NCBI RefSeq assembly: GCF_000315625.1
Contig: NW_005434600.1
Span: forward strand, 218,260 to 282,259
Source of the DNA: Guillardia theta CCMP2712
Lineage: Eukaryota; Protista; Cryptophyta
Length of the DNA: 64,000 bases
Direction: 5' to 3'
Shown here: positions 1 through 12,497 of the stretch, one piece after another
How the letters are laid out: every line of letters begins with the position of its first letter
Position numbering within the stretch: the stretch's first letter is position 1
Position numbers and translations under genes: made by a program
Notes under the pieces: generated by a model
What the model was told of the DNA's origin: nothing
Database searches by the model: none
The model's input: the letters and a program-made list of their open reading frames with translations, nothing else

Positions 1-3000
1 CGTTGAAATTCTTGAGAGTCGTCCTAAACAGTCGTGAGGAGGACTGAGAGGGTGGAAGAGGCTGAGGAAGGTGAAGCATAGATAAAGGTGATGGAGGAGA
101 AGCAGGATGAGCGAGAGGAAAGGAGGATGAGCGAGAGGAGGAGAAGGAGCGAGAAGAGGAGGAGGAGGAGGAGGAGGAGGAGGAGGAGGAGAGAGACAGG
201 AGAGGGACAGGAGGAGCAGGAGAAGGAAGGGGAAGAAAGGAGGTGGAAGAGGAGCAGGAGGACGAGGACGAGGGAGAAGATGAGGACGAGGAGGACGAGA
301 AGAAGAATTGCAGCAAACCTCTCTCTGTTTGTCTTCTTCTTTGTCCTGTAAGTATGAAGACGCGGAGCTTTTTGGATCGTTCGTCTCTACATAGGAGACG
401 GTGAGGAAGATCTCTGAGTCGATCGCTGCTGCTTCAGGATCAAGTGCCGAAGGTACTGAAGATCAGGTCATGCACAGACACTGGCTAGTGAAGAAGAGGG
501 AGAGGGAGAGGGAAAGAGAAAATGGGGAGAGGAAGACCGGGACAGACAGCAAGGGCGAGGGAGAGAGAAGTGGAAAGGGAGGGGGCAGAAGGCGGAGCGG
601 CGGAGGAGGAAAGGGGAAGGGGGAAACAGGGCGGGAAAACTAGAGAAGAGAAAGATGATTGAAGGTGGGCAGGGAGGAAGAGGGAGGAAGGAGAGCAGGT
701 GAGCAGGCTGATCGTCCTCACTGTCAGTCTGAAGCTTCGAAGATGCTATCAGCGACCACATGTGCCCTGGCATGAGCTGCATGCTCCAGATCTGAGCAAG
801 AGTCAGCGACAGCGAGAGCAGCAGCAGCCATCGCATCGTCCACCTCCTGCAGAGAGTCGTCGCTGAAAATTCTCATCCTGTTGCTAGCGTCGACGGGGCT
901 TTCAGTGAGGAGGAGGAGGCATCGATGTCTTGAGCTGTGGGTCATCGACACTACGTTCTCCGCAAGCTTCACGCTCCTCTGATAGATGGTTGAAGTTTGC
1001 CTGCGATCATGTTAAGATGTGAAAGCGCTGGAAATCTTGCATTGAAATGGAAATCTAATCGAATGTGATGAAAATTCCTCCGAATGTCTTCCAAGATGTT
1101 CTAGTTTCCTTCCCCACGTGAAAAACAACTCTCTAATCGTTTGCAGTCGAGCTTGTACTTTGATTTACCTGTCTTCTGCCAACTTGCCAAATTGCAAGCA
1201 ATCCTTCTCGTTGATCCAGACCAAAGAAGCTGACAAGTGTCAGAGGATGTGAGAAACAAAGAAACAAAAGATGTTCGTGAGAAAGAAAACTGAAACATGG
1301 GACAAAACCATGATATGAAAGAACACAGTGAAAGATCATTGCAGGAACAATATCATAAACGCCATCAACATTCGTACACAACGGCACAACTATCAACAAC
1401 AGCAATGATATTCCAACGTCATCATAACAAAGTTCAACATGGAAACGACAACATCACAACATGAACATCCAACAGGCAAGCACGTCTCAAGGAAGAAGAT
1501 CTCACTCGGCATCAGCTCTGTGTGTAAGCTGCAGACAGCCTTGACTTTCTCAATTCCGTTGATCCTCTTGACCTCCAACTCCCCTGACCGCAAATGAATC
1601 CAGGCGTTGTAGTTGGAGTGGAGGAAAATCCCATGAACTGCCTGCTCCGTCTCCTCCACGTGTATGCTCACTGCCGTTTCTCCCACCCGCAGAGAACATA
1701 CTTCCTAGGAGGAGTAAGATGAGCGTGAATGGATCTCAGGTCAAACTTCTCACTATCAACGTCATGACGTCCACAATCCCTGATGTCTTGGATGGTATAG
1801 GAAAGATATGGGCGATTCCCGTGCTTGACCCTACCACAGCAACTTGATCGCAAACACAATGTTGGTTGTATTGTTGATATGAAAGCTTGTCCGGAAGCTG
1901 CCAAAGGTAGACAGAACGGAGATGAACTGGGAATGCAAGCGTTGTGAACATTGTCTGCAACGTTTGACCATGAACAATCTGTACAATATTTGAGACCCAT
2001 TGAGCTACAATCACCTTGACTTCCATGCTGTCGTTTTTCAACATGTGGACCTGTAACTTCAGTGTGAGAAAACTTAAATGACCTCATTGGGCCATACCGC
2101 AGAGATCTGGTGTTCAAACTGACGAGAGTGTTTTAGTTTGACTTCTGACTTTTTGTTGGAGTGTGTAAGAATTTCAAACAGACTCAGTACGCTGTCAACG
2201 GCAACTGTAAACAAGTTACAGAAAAAGAAATGATGTAATTGAGAGCAAAAATCACCAACAAGAGAAGCAAGCTGATGAGGAGTCAAAGATTGGTTGCCAT
2301 CTGTCTTGATCGACGTGTCGTACTTGACAACGCTTGCCATGTTGATGTTTCCAATTTTCGGAGTCCAAACGTGAAGATAATCTTCCTGACTTGAGTTCAT
2401 GACAGACTTTCTCATGTTGATCAATCGGATCTCCATCTCTGTGACTTGTACAAGGTGTCCATGAGGTAGCGATGTGATGAAGACTGTGTTTGCGTCTTCG
2501 CACAATCCTGCAGGGGAGAAGAAACGTGAAATGATCGAAACGCAGATGGAAGAAGGCTTGAACAATATAGGAAAACAAAAGACTGATTTCAAACATGACG
2601 GAAGTATGAGAAGGGCAGAAGGGGAAAAGAACAATGGATGCATTTCGAGAAAAAATCAGCTGAAGGGGAGCAATACGTTTGATAAGAGAAAGACAACAAA
2701 AACAAGCACACGTTTAAGTTTAGACGACACAGAGATGGTAAGCAAATTAAGAAATGCGCATAGAAACACGTTGGGCATGCACAAAAATCTTTGATAGATA
2801 AGTAGTAAATGTTGTCAAAATTTCAACTTGGTTTTATCATTACCTGGTAGAGTCACTGGCACGAATTCATGCCCGTCAAGTTCCAAAACCTATCAAAGAC
2901 AAAGGTTAGATGTTGTACAAACATGTCATGCGAACATAGCAATCAATGAAGAGTGTAGTGGTATCAAAATACATCTAAAACCACATCGAAATCATCATGG

Positions 3001-5955
3001 AATAATGTCACATTCCAGACACATGATGTCGCTCCAATACACCAGAAGCAATTTGCTCACGATTTGAGAACATCTCTACCCCTCTCTCAAATCACTACAC
3101 GCGTCATGTTGAGATAAGCAGAGCAAACACAGGCAACATGATGGTTGTTACATTCTCACACTCCCTCACCTTGGTCTGATTGATAGAGGCAAACGAGAAC
3201 ACCAGGTGAGAATCAAAAGCTCGAAGACGCTGAATGTTGCTGCCGTTGTCATGGGGTTGCACATGCAGGATGTGGAGGCCTCTCAGTGCAAAGATGTCGC
3301 TACACTCGGGCATTTCCGGCCCTTCTTCAATAATCTTCGACACCTTGTAGATTATAATGTTACGTGTGAGATCGTGATAAGAAGCAGAATTGTGATGACG
3401 AGGAAAATAGAAATTTACAGATGAAGATCAAGCATGAAGGACGGATGTAGTCGTTGCAGACAAACACATCTTCACGACAAAACAAACAAAACGTCATCTC
3501 ATGGGCGTCATGATACCATTCCTTCACAGCCCACCACAACCCTTGTTACGATTGCATCTCTATGAAATTCGTAACAAACACTCACTTCCAACCCGCTCCT
3601 GCACAATCTCAGGCAGGAATCAGACCCTTCTCCACAGGCAAGAAGCAGCTGTTCAAACAAGTTCTTCAGCGAGAGAACAAACATCGCAGCAACATTGCAA
3701 CGACCTGCATTTCTCCATCGCCCAGGAAATCAACGGCTATCGCATCTTTGATACTTCCCAGCGACTCTTCGAAAGGGCTGCAGATGAGAAGAAACGTCAC
3801 TGGGAGTTCTTCAATACACACCTAGTCTACAAACCTGCACATGACTTCTACCCCAGGAATCTCTTGATCTGTTTGAGAATTGTTCTCAATGTGATGGGAC
3901 AATTTGGTGATGTCGAGGATGCTTGTGTAGCCAGTCTTTGTACACCAGAGCTGCAGAGTTCTGTGCGCACGATCAGAGCAGTGATTTTGTACTACATCCA
4001 TCAACATGAATTTATCAAATGGTAAAAAGGTGCAATATGATCTCCATCACCAACATGAAAGTTTTGGAATGCAAACAGCAGCATCATTACCCCCAGCACC
4101 AACACGAATACGTTGCATTGCAGACAGCAAAATGAAAGCACCTTTCTTGAGATCTCAAAATCGTTGCGACCCGCGGGTTGGACAGCGGAATGTTTGTGTC
4201 GATTCGCTTCACATTGATCGTCACGTTGGCTGATTTTGATTCTCCTGAGCAAACAATTAATGCTGTATTCTTGCCAAAATACATCGTTGTCATCAATCAA
4301 AATCATTGACACGATTCATAGCTTATTGCAATCAGATCGCAATGATCGCTTCCTCCTCTGTTCTGTCTTTTACTGCTTTTCCTCTTGCTACCCATTTTCG
4401 CCAAGCTGCACATGCTTGTTGCTCACATTGAATTCTTCCTTATCTGTCTCTCCCTCCTCCCCCTTCCCTTCTCCCTTCCCTTTTTCTTTATCACCATCAA
4501 AATTTTGCCGCTATTGCACACATTCTCATTACCCGACACTGACAAGATATGCATCTGCCCGTCGTTCGAACCCAAGATCCAATGCATACTCCTCTTCTTC
4601 CGGTTCGAACCTGGAAACACAATCATCTCTACAAAGTTTGTGTTGACACCATCGACTTCAGGATCATACGAGCAACGGAAGAAACGTCTGCTGCATCAAC
4701 TCTCTCGCAACCCCTCCCCTCTTCAAGTTCCACATGAGCAACCTGGGCCTGCCGGCACTGCAAGGGAGGAAGCGACCGCGAAACGAGATGTAATCTACGA
4801 TGAGGTCAAGCATGTGTTATATCATCTAGAGAACTACAGTGTGCTCTCCTCGTAGACCCTGATCGCCCACTGCGATGATGGAAGATGAGGATACAAGAAC
4901 GCACCCACCTCCAAGTTCCGTCCCTGCACGCCAGGCAGCAGCGGCCAGCAAGTCAGGAGCACGGGGACATTGCAAGAGATTTTTACCGCATGGTAACACC
5001 AGGCTCGTCTCAGGGTGTAGAGTAGAAAAGCTCCAAGGGCCTTGAAGCAGATTGAAGTTGAGCTTGTTGGATTCTGAAGCAAGATTTTCATCATTTTTTC
5101 AATTCTTCACTCTCCTCCTAATACTCACCCCCCTCTCTCTCCCCCCCCCCTCCCCTGGTCAATACCTACTCTCCTCTCTCTTCTCCTCTCTCTTCTCCTC
5201 TTCTTCCTCCCGTAATTGAGTTTTCTCATTCTCTCACCTTCGTACTTGATCGAGCATGTCTCCAGGTCTACAATCCCCTTCTCATCTTCGAACAACAACG
5301 CCATCAGCGGGCAGTCTTCGAAGTCCGTGTCGTTCGGGGGCAGCAGGAAGCACCAGGAGATCAGTCTCGTGTTTGGCCCTGGAACTCCCTTCACAAGATT
5401 GTACTCTGTCGAGCCTCCTGATGTTCTGATCCAAAGATGCATGCCCCCTCTTGATCTCTGAAGGTTGAAGAGATGGAAGATAGTGTTCCAGCAGCATACC
5501 ATCACCAGCTCCTCCCCCCTCTTCGGCCCTGCCCTCTGACACATCAGCGCACCATCGGGAAGCGGGAAGTAGACTCCTTGGCTGGGATTCTGGAGCCTTC
5601 CCTGGGCTATGACCTTCTCAAGGGATCCGTTCAGGTGTACGAGAACTTTCTCGAAGGACTTGGTCGAGTCGTCCCAGCGCACTATACTCCATGAGAAGCA
5701 CCGGGTGAGGAGGAGAATGCTGTCGACTTCTTCGTCGTCTCCATGCAGTGTCGCACATCCTGTGATGCCGGAAAACATGGGCCACGAGCCGAAAAGACGC
5801 AAGGGCTCGTCATGCTCGCCCTGTGGGTTCAGTTGCCACAGCATGACCTTCGCCAGCGTAGCAGAGAACAGACATTCTTCGTGGCGATCTACAAACCTTC
5901 CTACTGTTGCTGCCACGACCGAGGAGGGCTGTCGGCAGTTCTTGACGCTCAACAT
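1..5955 (-). CDS. Multi-exon DDB1/SF3B3(RSE1)/CPSF160-family beta-propeller protein, divergent; 3' part runs off the window start
   Basis: The first exon (5125-5955) resembles the DDB1 N-terminus (QPSSVVAATVGRF...LRLFGSWPMFSGI...DSILLLTR). Exons at ~3590-3780 read ESLGSIKDAIAVDFLGDGEMQ|QLLLACGEGSDSCLRLCRSGL, matching the family motif NLGPIVD...QL..CG.G..SLR..R.G[IL]. Many short GT-AG introns follow. Confidence 0.72.
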
Positions 5956-6869
5956 TGAGCAAGAAGATCAACGAAACTTGCTGCAAGTATCGTAGCTACG
6001 GCAACAAACTACCCGACTGACCCCTCTCCCATCATCCAAGGCGCTTCCATCCTCGCAGCCATGGCGGGAGCATCATCGAAAGCGTATCACCATGATGCAT
6101 AACGGCGGGTCGACCCACACCAGCATCGCGCTACCTCCTTCCTCCCTCTCCCCCTCGCATCACCCTGCAATGCAATGCCCTGCCATGCGACTGCCCAGTG
6201 CAACTACCCTACCCCGCTTAAGACCTTGGAAAACCAACATAGTGACGGGTCCTGGGTGCCTTGCGCAGAGGGGAAGCTACCAGGGAAGCTACCAGCCACG
6301 GAGACGCGGTCGTTCTATGAGAGAAAGGATGACGAAATCAGGTGAAAGGCATGATACTGGTTTAGATGTCTTTGCTCTATCCATCAACTCATGCAAGCTG
6401 AAGGATTTTCCGGGAATAGAGGAGGAAAGGGGATTGCACGCTTTTAAGCATCGTTCATCACAAAGCTTGCCAACATGACACGCAAAAGAAAAAGGATCCG
6501 CACACAGGGAATGATTTGATCGTTAGGACACACTAAGACACAGATCTTCCTTTCCCATCAATACATAATCTCAGTTCTCATACAGTTGCGAAAATCTGAA
6601 AAACAATTGACCAGATACGATCATGAAGTAGGCGCGCAAAAGCTACAAAAGATGCGCAGTATGCATCTCAACACGTATCATCCATATGCAATACAAACCA
6701 CGACACCTTTTTGATCGGCTGCAAGGATCAGTCATATCATACTTGTTCAAATACATTTCTGCTATTTCGTTCATTTCGTGTATCGGTCACGATACCTTGT
6801 GCCAATCTGAAGTACATCGATACAACTTGTGCATAATACCATTGCTCCACTTGCCATAATACAATGCTC

Positions 6870-7271
6870 CTACTTCCTACGCAGGCCCTCGAAGTACTTC
6901 TGTGCATGCGACCGCACCTGCGACGCTGTCTTCGTTCCGATCGCCCTCGAGATGAAGTAGGCGACTCCTCTCCCCAGCCCTACCCGCACGCGCCCGTCCT
7001 GAGCGACCCTCGTCTCAGTGTCGGGGCAGTAGTCTCTGAGCGCGACGAGGAAGCGCTGATGCTCGTCCTCCGTCCAGCCCCGAGAGGCCCCTGATAGGAG
7101 CAGCGGAGCAACGGAATGTTGATCCCCCATGCTCAGGGCGGGAGTGAGGTTGATGATGGGAGGTGGAGCGGAGGAGGGAGGAGGGAAGATGGCGTCGATG
7201 GCATCTTCCAAGAGAACCGAGTCCTCTTGCCACCCCCGTTGCTGCGACAGCGACCATTGCAAGCTGCTCAT
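6870..7271 (-). CDS. SHAQKYF-class MYB-related transcription factor, copy 1 (intronless)
   Basis: Contains GWTEDEHQRFLVAL...IGTKTASQVRSHAQKYF and the N-terminal motif WQEDSVLLEDAIDAIF; ATG at 7271. Confidence 0.88.
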   Translation of the reverse strand: MSSLQWSLSQQRGWQEDSVLLEDAIDAIFPPPSSAPPPIINLTPALSMGDQHSVAPLLLSGASRGWTEDEHQRFLVALRDYCPDTETRVAQDGRVRVGLGRGVAYFISRAIGTKTASQVRSHAQKYFEGLRRK

Positions 7272-7344
7272 GGCACCGTCGGGATGATCTGGACCGCTGT
7301 GCGCCAAGGATATCTTGGAGGTCAGCTCAAAGAGCTCGATGTCA

Positions 7345-7603
7345 GCAGTCACGAGAGGGTACGTGACAGGTGCAGTTGAACCTTTGTAGGAAACAATTCG
7401 TCCCCTCTACAACGACACGGTTTACTCGGCAAGTTTTGTGAGCGCGGGCCCGGAACCGGAGCAGCCAAGTTACTCCGAGGCTCCGACGACCCGCCTCCTT
7501 TCCCTTCATCTCCATCTTTCTGCAGTCACGAGAGGGTACGTGACAGGTGCAGTTGAACCTTTGCAGGAAACAATTCGTCCCATCTGCAATCAACACTGTT
7601 TAC
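7345..7603. repeat. ~70-80 bp direct repeat x2 (7345-7425, 7522-7603) in the divergent MYB1/micro-ORF A intergenic region, containing the dyad GTCACG-N8-CGTGAC
   Basis: gcagtcacgagagggtacgtgacaggtgcagttgaacctttg(t/c)aggaaacaattcgtccc occurs twice; a variant is present at ~8490-8527. Confidence 0.85.
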
Positions 7604-7807
7604 GGCTCTCTCAAAACAAATCCTGTCCTCTTGCCAACCCCCTTTCCCACAACCCCACTTCACTGCCATTCCCTTCCTCTGCAGGCTTCCTACCTCACGC
7701 CATCATCAGGCTCAAGTCCATCCCACCTCCATTCTTTCCCTTCGTCTCCATCTTTCTCTCCCTCTCCCTTGATCCCCTCTTAGCCTTATCCCCAGATCTT
7801 GCCTCCC

Positions 7808-8098
7808 ATGATCCTCGCCTTCCTACGTGTAGCTCCTCCCTTTCAGTGGAGAGCTCGAGTGCTGGCCGGTTTCCTCCTGTTCGCGGCCGCAGCGCGAGCA
7901 GCAGCCAAGCATGCCTGCATGCTGCTGGCAGACGATGCTCCCTGCGACCTGCCTGATCCTCCTTCTCCTGCTGACACGCCGTCTCGCATGGTGCAGACGC
8001 CGCGACAAGGGGCCTTCGACAAACGCCGGCTGCTCCGGCCAGAGTACGGGGAGACGTTCAAGGTGCGGAGGGCGTCGGAGGAGCAGAGGGTGAGATGA
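7808..8098 (+). CDS. Micro-ORF family copy A (96 aa): hydrophobic helix, Pro-rich linker, conserved basic C-terminal motif
   Basis: MILAFL...VLAGFLLFAAAA...LLADD...GAFDKRRLLRPEYGETFKVRRASEEQRVR*. The protein motif is conserved with copies B and D despite divergent DNA, including synonymous changes. Confidence 0.7.
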   Translation: MILAFLRVAPPFQWRARVLAGFLLFAAAARAAAKHACMLLADDAPCDLPDPPSPADTPSRMVQTPRQGAFDKRRLLRPEYGETFKVRRASEEQRVR

Positions 8099-8757
8099 GC
8101 CGCTAGACAAGCCAGGGATAGAAGTAGGGTATGTACAGGCAGGCTGTAGGTATATGTAGAAGCGCAGAAATCGTGAGTACAGAAGCAATAAATGACGGTA
8201 GAAGAGCTGTTTGTACGCGCGAGCTATGGTGCATGGGGCCTGAGAGGGTGCAGGCTATGCCTCTCCCTCCCTCCCTCCCTCCCTCCCTCCCTCCCTCCCT
8301 CCCTCCCTCCCTCCCTCCCTTTCCCTCTCACTCCCTCCCTCCCTCCCTCTCTCCGTCTTCGTCTTGCTCGCTCTTGTCTGTGTTTCTGCTCAGGGTGCGG
8401 ACATGAGCGCCAGGTGACCACAGCCCCCCTCAGGCTCCCGCAAGGAAAAACTCGCCCCTGGATAAAACCCTCCCATGGCTAATAAGTGTCAGCAGTCACG
8501 AGAGGTAGTACCTGACAGATCCAGTTGTGGAGGTCACGAGGATCCCGGAAGGTCAGCCGGGGCTGTAGCGATGCGGGTTGAGGTCTGTTGAGAATATCCG
8601 AAACTTCGGAGTTGCTACACCTTCCCTCCTCCCTCCTCTCCCTGCCTATTTCAGCCTCGTCTCCTCCTGTTGTTACTCTGAGACTGCTTTGGCTCAACGG
8701 CTTTCTCTACTCCACTGCCTCCTGTCTTACCCCCTCCCCACTCTCCGTCCCCCCTCC

Positions 8758-9039
8758 ATGCTTCTTCTCTCCCTCCCTGCCCCAAACCCTCAAGCTGTCG
8801 TCTTGCTCATCAGGAGGACCTTCTCCAGCCTCGCTGCCCTGCTCCTGCTCGTCGCTGCTGCTCTGCTCGACCTGCTCGCCGACGACCTCCCTCCCCCTGC
8901 GTCTGTCCAGCCGTCCCTCCCATCCCCTGCCATACCGTCCCCGCGGGAGGGGTGCTTCGACAAGCGGAAGCTCTTGAGGGCGGAGTTTGGAGAGACGTTC
9001 AAGGTGCGGAGAGCGTCGGAGGAGAGGCGATGGGGGTAG
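8758..9039 (+). CDS. Micro-ORF family copy B (93 aa)
   Basis: MLLLSL...SLAALLLLVAAALLDLLADD...GCFDKRKLLRAEFGETFKVRRASEERRWG*, followed by a 3' region shared with the other copies that contains AATAAA at ~9184. Confidence 0.72.
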   Translation: MLLLSLPAPNPQAVVLLIRRTFSSLAALLLLVAAALLDLLADDLPPPASVQPSLPSPAIPSPREGCFDKRKLLRAEFGETFKVRRASEERRWG

Positions 9040-9734
9040 ATGTCAAGGTCGGTCATATATCCAGTGGGGACTGGGAACATGCAAGTACTGGATTAGGGAA
9101 GAGCAAGAGAGAAGAAAGGATAGGTTTATTGTAGGATAGGTCTAGAGCAAGATAATCGGGGATATGGTGATATGTATGATACGAATAAAGGTAGCATGTT
9201 GTAAGGGATCAAGCTTTGTCGTGCTACATCTACCCTCGTTGTGCGATCACTAGCGCCGTCATGAGCGACTTACTGGCTTGGAGATTGGACCGTGCCGTAG
9301 AGCCATTTCACTTCATAACATCAAGAAAACTTTTGCTTGACTGAGTCGCTTCAATCCTCTTGTACCATGTATGTCAAGATCAAAGCTCTTGATGGCTACA
9401 TGGCTGTAGGTCAAGACCAGCTCCGTCAAGTACAACCCCCTGGAGCAGGAAACAGCTCTAAGTAGATGCATAGGGGATGCTCTGTCACGCTTGAGAAGCC
9501 TGGTGGATCCACAGCACTCTCCAAGGATCGTCGACAACTCCTTTGGGTGGTCTATTCTTGACGTGCTGAGTTTACCACGAGCCTGATGGTGTACGTGTGC
9601 ATTTATGTCTCTTTTCTTACAGACATAGAACTCGGATACCCGTAAGGGTTGGGGACAGACAGGACGAGGCTGCCACTACAACACGGACCACACCTCAAGC
9701 CCTTAGCTTACTCACGACGATGACGGTTGTGGGA

Positions 9735-9960
9735 GCTTCATGCTTTACAAGAAGCTTTCTTTATTCATATCATACATGTCAACATAGCCCCGAACTGCCT
9801 TGCTCGAGACCTATCCTACCTCTTGCTCGTCCTAATCCAGAGGAGGGGCATGCGGGGTGTGAGCCCGAGAAGGCAAGCAGGTCAGGGCAGGAAGCAGATG
9901 AGAGGATACAGACAGTCGCAGGCACTCTGACGGTGACAAGAGGAGGCGAGAGGGGACAAG
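9735..9960 (-). pseudogene. Decayed micro-ORF locus (3'-UTR remnant), head-to-head with MYB copy 2
   Basis: The reverse complement contains ctggattagg..gagcaagag..taggataggtctcgagcaag..atgtatgatatgaataaag, matching the sequence after copy B (9088-9215). The conserved coding motif is absent. Confidence 0.55.
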
Positions 9961-10307
9961 GATAGACGGACAGTGAGAGAGGGGAAGAGGGAGGGAGGGT
10001 GGGTGGAGGGGCGACGGGCTGGAGGTGACGTGTGGATAGTAAAGCTGACCTCGGCAAAGCTGCAACGTGTGGGTAGTAAAGCAAGTCTTCTGGATCGATG
10101 CGTGTTGAGATCCGTCGAAATATCCACCGTAGATATGCGCTGTGGTGCAAATATCTGGACAGGTGCTAGGGGAAGGGAGGCGGAGGACAAACGGTCAGGC
10201 TTACCGGATATCAAGAAGCCTCGCTAAGCTCCCTCGTCCTCCTCCTCCCAGCCTCTCTCCAGCCGCCTCCCCTCCTCCCTCCTCCTGTCTTGTCTCCCCG
10301 TCTCCGC

Positions 10308-10931
10308 ATGGACCCTCCCCACGACCCTGCCTCCCTACCCTACCAGTGGACCTCCCAGGACCCCGTGGCTCTAGAGGACGCCATCGACGCGATCTTCAGG
10401 CCTCCTGCTACGGCACATGCCAGCTGTCGCCGCCGGCCCGTCAAGCTCGAGCTGCACCCCACGGCCCGCCCAGATGCCTCTTCTCGCCTCCTGCCCTCGT
10501 CGCAGATGGCAGCAGCCCGGCAGTCCCCGAAGGCTCACGCAAGCCCGACGGCGAGGACGTGCTGGCAGCCCGTTGCAAGCATAGCAGAGCTGCATGCGGG
10601 CTTGCCTCAAGGCTCGTCCGCGTCCTCCTCTTGGTCCTCTTCCTCAACGTCGCCGCGTCTTCTTGCCTCCTCGTCGCTATCCTTCTCTACTCCTCCTTCC
10701 CTCGGAGCCAGAGGGTCAGGAGGCTGGACGGAGGACGAGCATCAGCGCTTCCTCGTCGCGCTCAGAGACTACTGCCCTGACGCTGAGACGAGGGCTGCTC
10801 AGGACGGGCGCGTGCGGGTAGGGCTGGGCAAGAACGCCGCCTACTTCATCTCGAGGGCGATCGGGACGAGGACGGCGTCGCAGGTGCGGTCGCATGCACA
10901 GAAGTACTTCGAGGGCCAGGGAAGGAGGTGA
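10308..10931 (+). CDS. SHAQKYF-class MYB-related transcription factor, copy 2
   Basis: MDPPHDPASLPYQWTSQDPVALEDAIDAIF, a Ser-rich linker, then GWTEDEHQRFL...SHAQKYFEGQGRR*. Confidence 0.9.
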   Translation: MDPPHDPASLPYQWTSQDPVALEDAIDAIFRPPATAHASCRRRPVKLELHPTARPDASSRLLPSSQMAAARQSPKAHASPTARTCWQPVASIAELHAGLPQGSSASSSWSSSSTSPRLLASSSLSFSTPPSLGARGSGGWTEDEHQRFLVALRDYCPDAETRAAQDGRVRVGLGKNAAYFISRAIGTRTASQVRSHAQKYFEGQGRR

Positions 10932-11829
10932 GGAGAACGACGTCCAGGGCTGGTCATGAAAGGGAGGCACATCTACAACACCAGGCCATGTTTCAGGTTT
11001 ACTACAACATTCTCTACGAACCCTTGGAGGCTTCAAGCCAATTGTAGCTAAATCTGTGGCCGGCTAGCAAGCTTGCAAGGACCGATATCGAGCAGCGATG
11101 ATATGATATCGATGATGATATCCATGTAGCGGAGTTGCATTGCTCACTGCAGCACACTATGAAGCCCGAACGACTCATCGTGATACGTCTCAGCTTCCTT
11201 GCAAACACAGAGACTCGAATCACCATTTTTCCTACGACGTGATGTGGATAAACGATCTGTTACCAAGTACATGACCATCATAGCAATGCCTTCATTGCCC
11301 AAGAGAGAGCCCTTTTACAAACACTCTCCCACCCTTCAGGCCCTGCATCCTTCAAGTGTCTTTGCTTCACTCTCTTACGAAGAACCTGATCCAATGCAGC
11401 AACGTTCTTTCCTCTTGTATCATGACCTGCTGGCTAGGTTCTTCCTCGCCTTCCTTGACTAGGAGGCCCTCCCCACCGCAGACGCTCTTCCCTCCTTTGT
11501 CCTCGCCCGTACTTGCGGAGGCTCGTCCTCCCCATCCTCGGCATCCGACACCCTCTTAGAGCCCGCACGCCACACCAACGCTCTCATGCCTTGCAGCGCA
11601 TCTGACAAGCTCGGCTTGCTTGTCTGCTTGTGTCTGCAGCCCACCCGGACACCCTTCACCTGCGCTTCTAGTCTGCCCAGCGCCTCCTCCCATCCTCACT
11701 CCTACGACGCCCTCCGCACCTTGAGCGTGTCGCTGGCATCCTGCCTTCTTCATTCCCGTTGTGATAGATGACTTCTTCCATTGCGAGCAATACTTGAAAA
11801 TACAAAGAATAGAGCCTTTGAGCATGTAT

Positions 11830-11925
11830 GATGCTGGACTCCTCGCCCCACCCCGACCCGCATTCCTCCTGAGCGACCCTTGTCTCAGGCGTCAGGCAGT
11901 GGCCTCCTGAGGGCAACGAGGAACA
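11830..11925 (-). pseudogene. Degenerate MYB-domain fragment
   Basis: The reverse complement ttcctcgttgccctcagg..cctgacgcctgagacaagggtcgctcaggag..gcgggtcggggtggggcgaggagtc matches the FLVALRD..PDAETRVAQDGRVRVGLGRGV coding DNA, with indels. Confidence 0.65.
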
Positions 11926-12258
11926 GAGTCCTGCGTCATGGGAGCTGAGAGCTCCGCAGACTCCGCGACACGGTGAGGCCCCGGAAGTCAGGATCTCGGC
12001 ACCATGGCATGCCATGGCGGTACAGCACTGGGGCAGCACGGTCAGACACCACGACTGTAGCTTGCGGTCCTCGCTGATCAGTGGGTCCGAAGTAGTGACG
12101 AGCTTCAAGCTGATCCTTCTTGATCACTTCATTATTCATATCATACATATCGCCATCACCAACGTCTTTCTAGACCTATCCTATCATACTGCGACACCCC
12201 AACAGTTTTCCTCCCTTTCTCTTGGGGATCCAGTACTCCCTTCCACACAGCTCCTGCC

Positions 12259-12497
12259 CTACCCCCATCGCCTCTCCTCCGATGCTCTCCGCACCTTGAA
12301 CATCTCGCCAAACTCCGCCCTCAAGAGCTTCCACTTGTCGAAACACCCCTCGTGCCCGAGGGGGGGGGAGCATGGGAGGGGAGGGACGGCTGGACAGACG
12401 TAGGGGGAGGGAGGTCGTCGGCGAGCAGGTCGAGCAGAGGAGCAGCGACGAGCAGGAGCAGGGCAGTGAGGCTGGAGAAGGTCCTCCTGATGAGCAT
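12259..12497 (-). pseudogene. Micro-ORF family copy C: 5'-truncated and frameshifted between the hydrophobic segment and the C-terminal motif
   Basis: MLIRRTFSSLTALLLLVAAPLLDLLADD... is in one frame and EGCFDKWKLLRAEFGEMFKVRRASEERRWG* is in another. The family 3' region follows at ~12100-12190. Confidence 0.65.
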
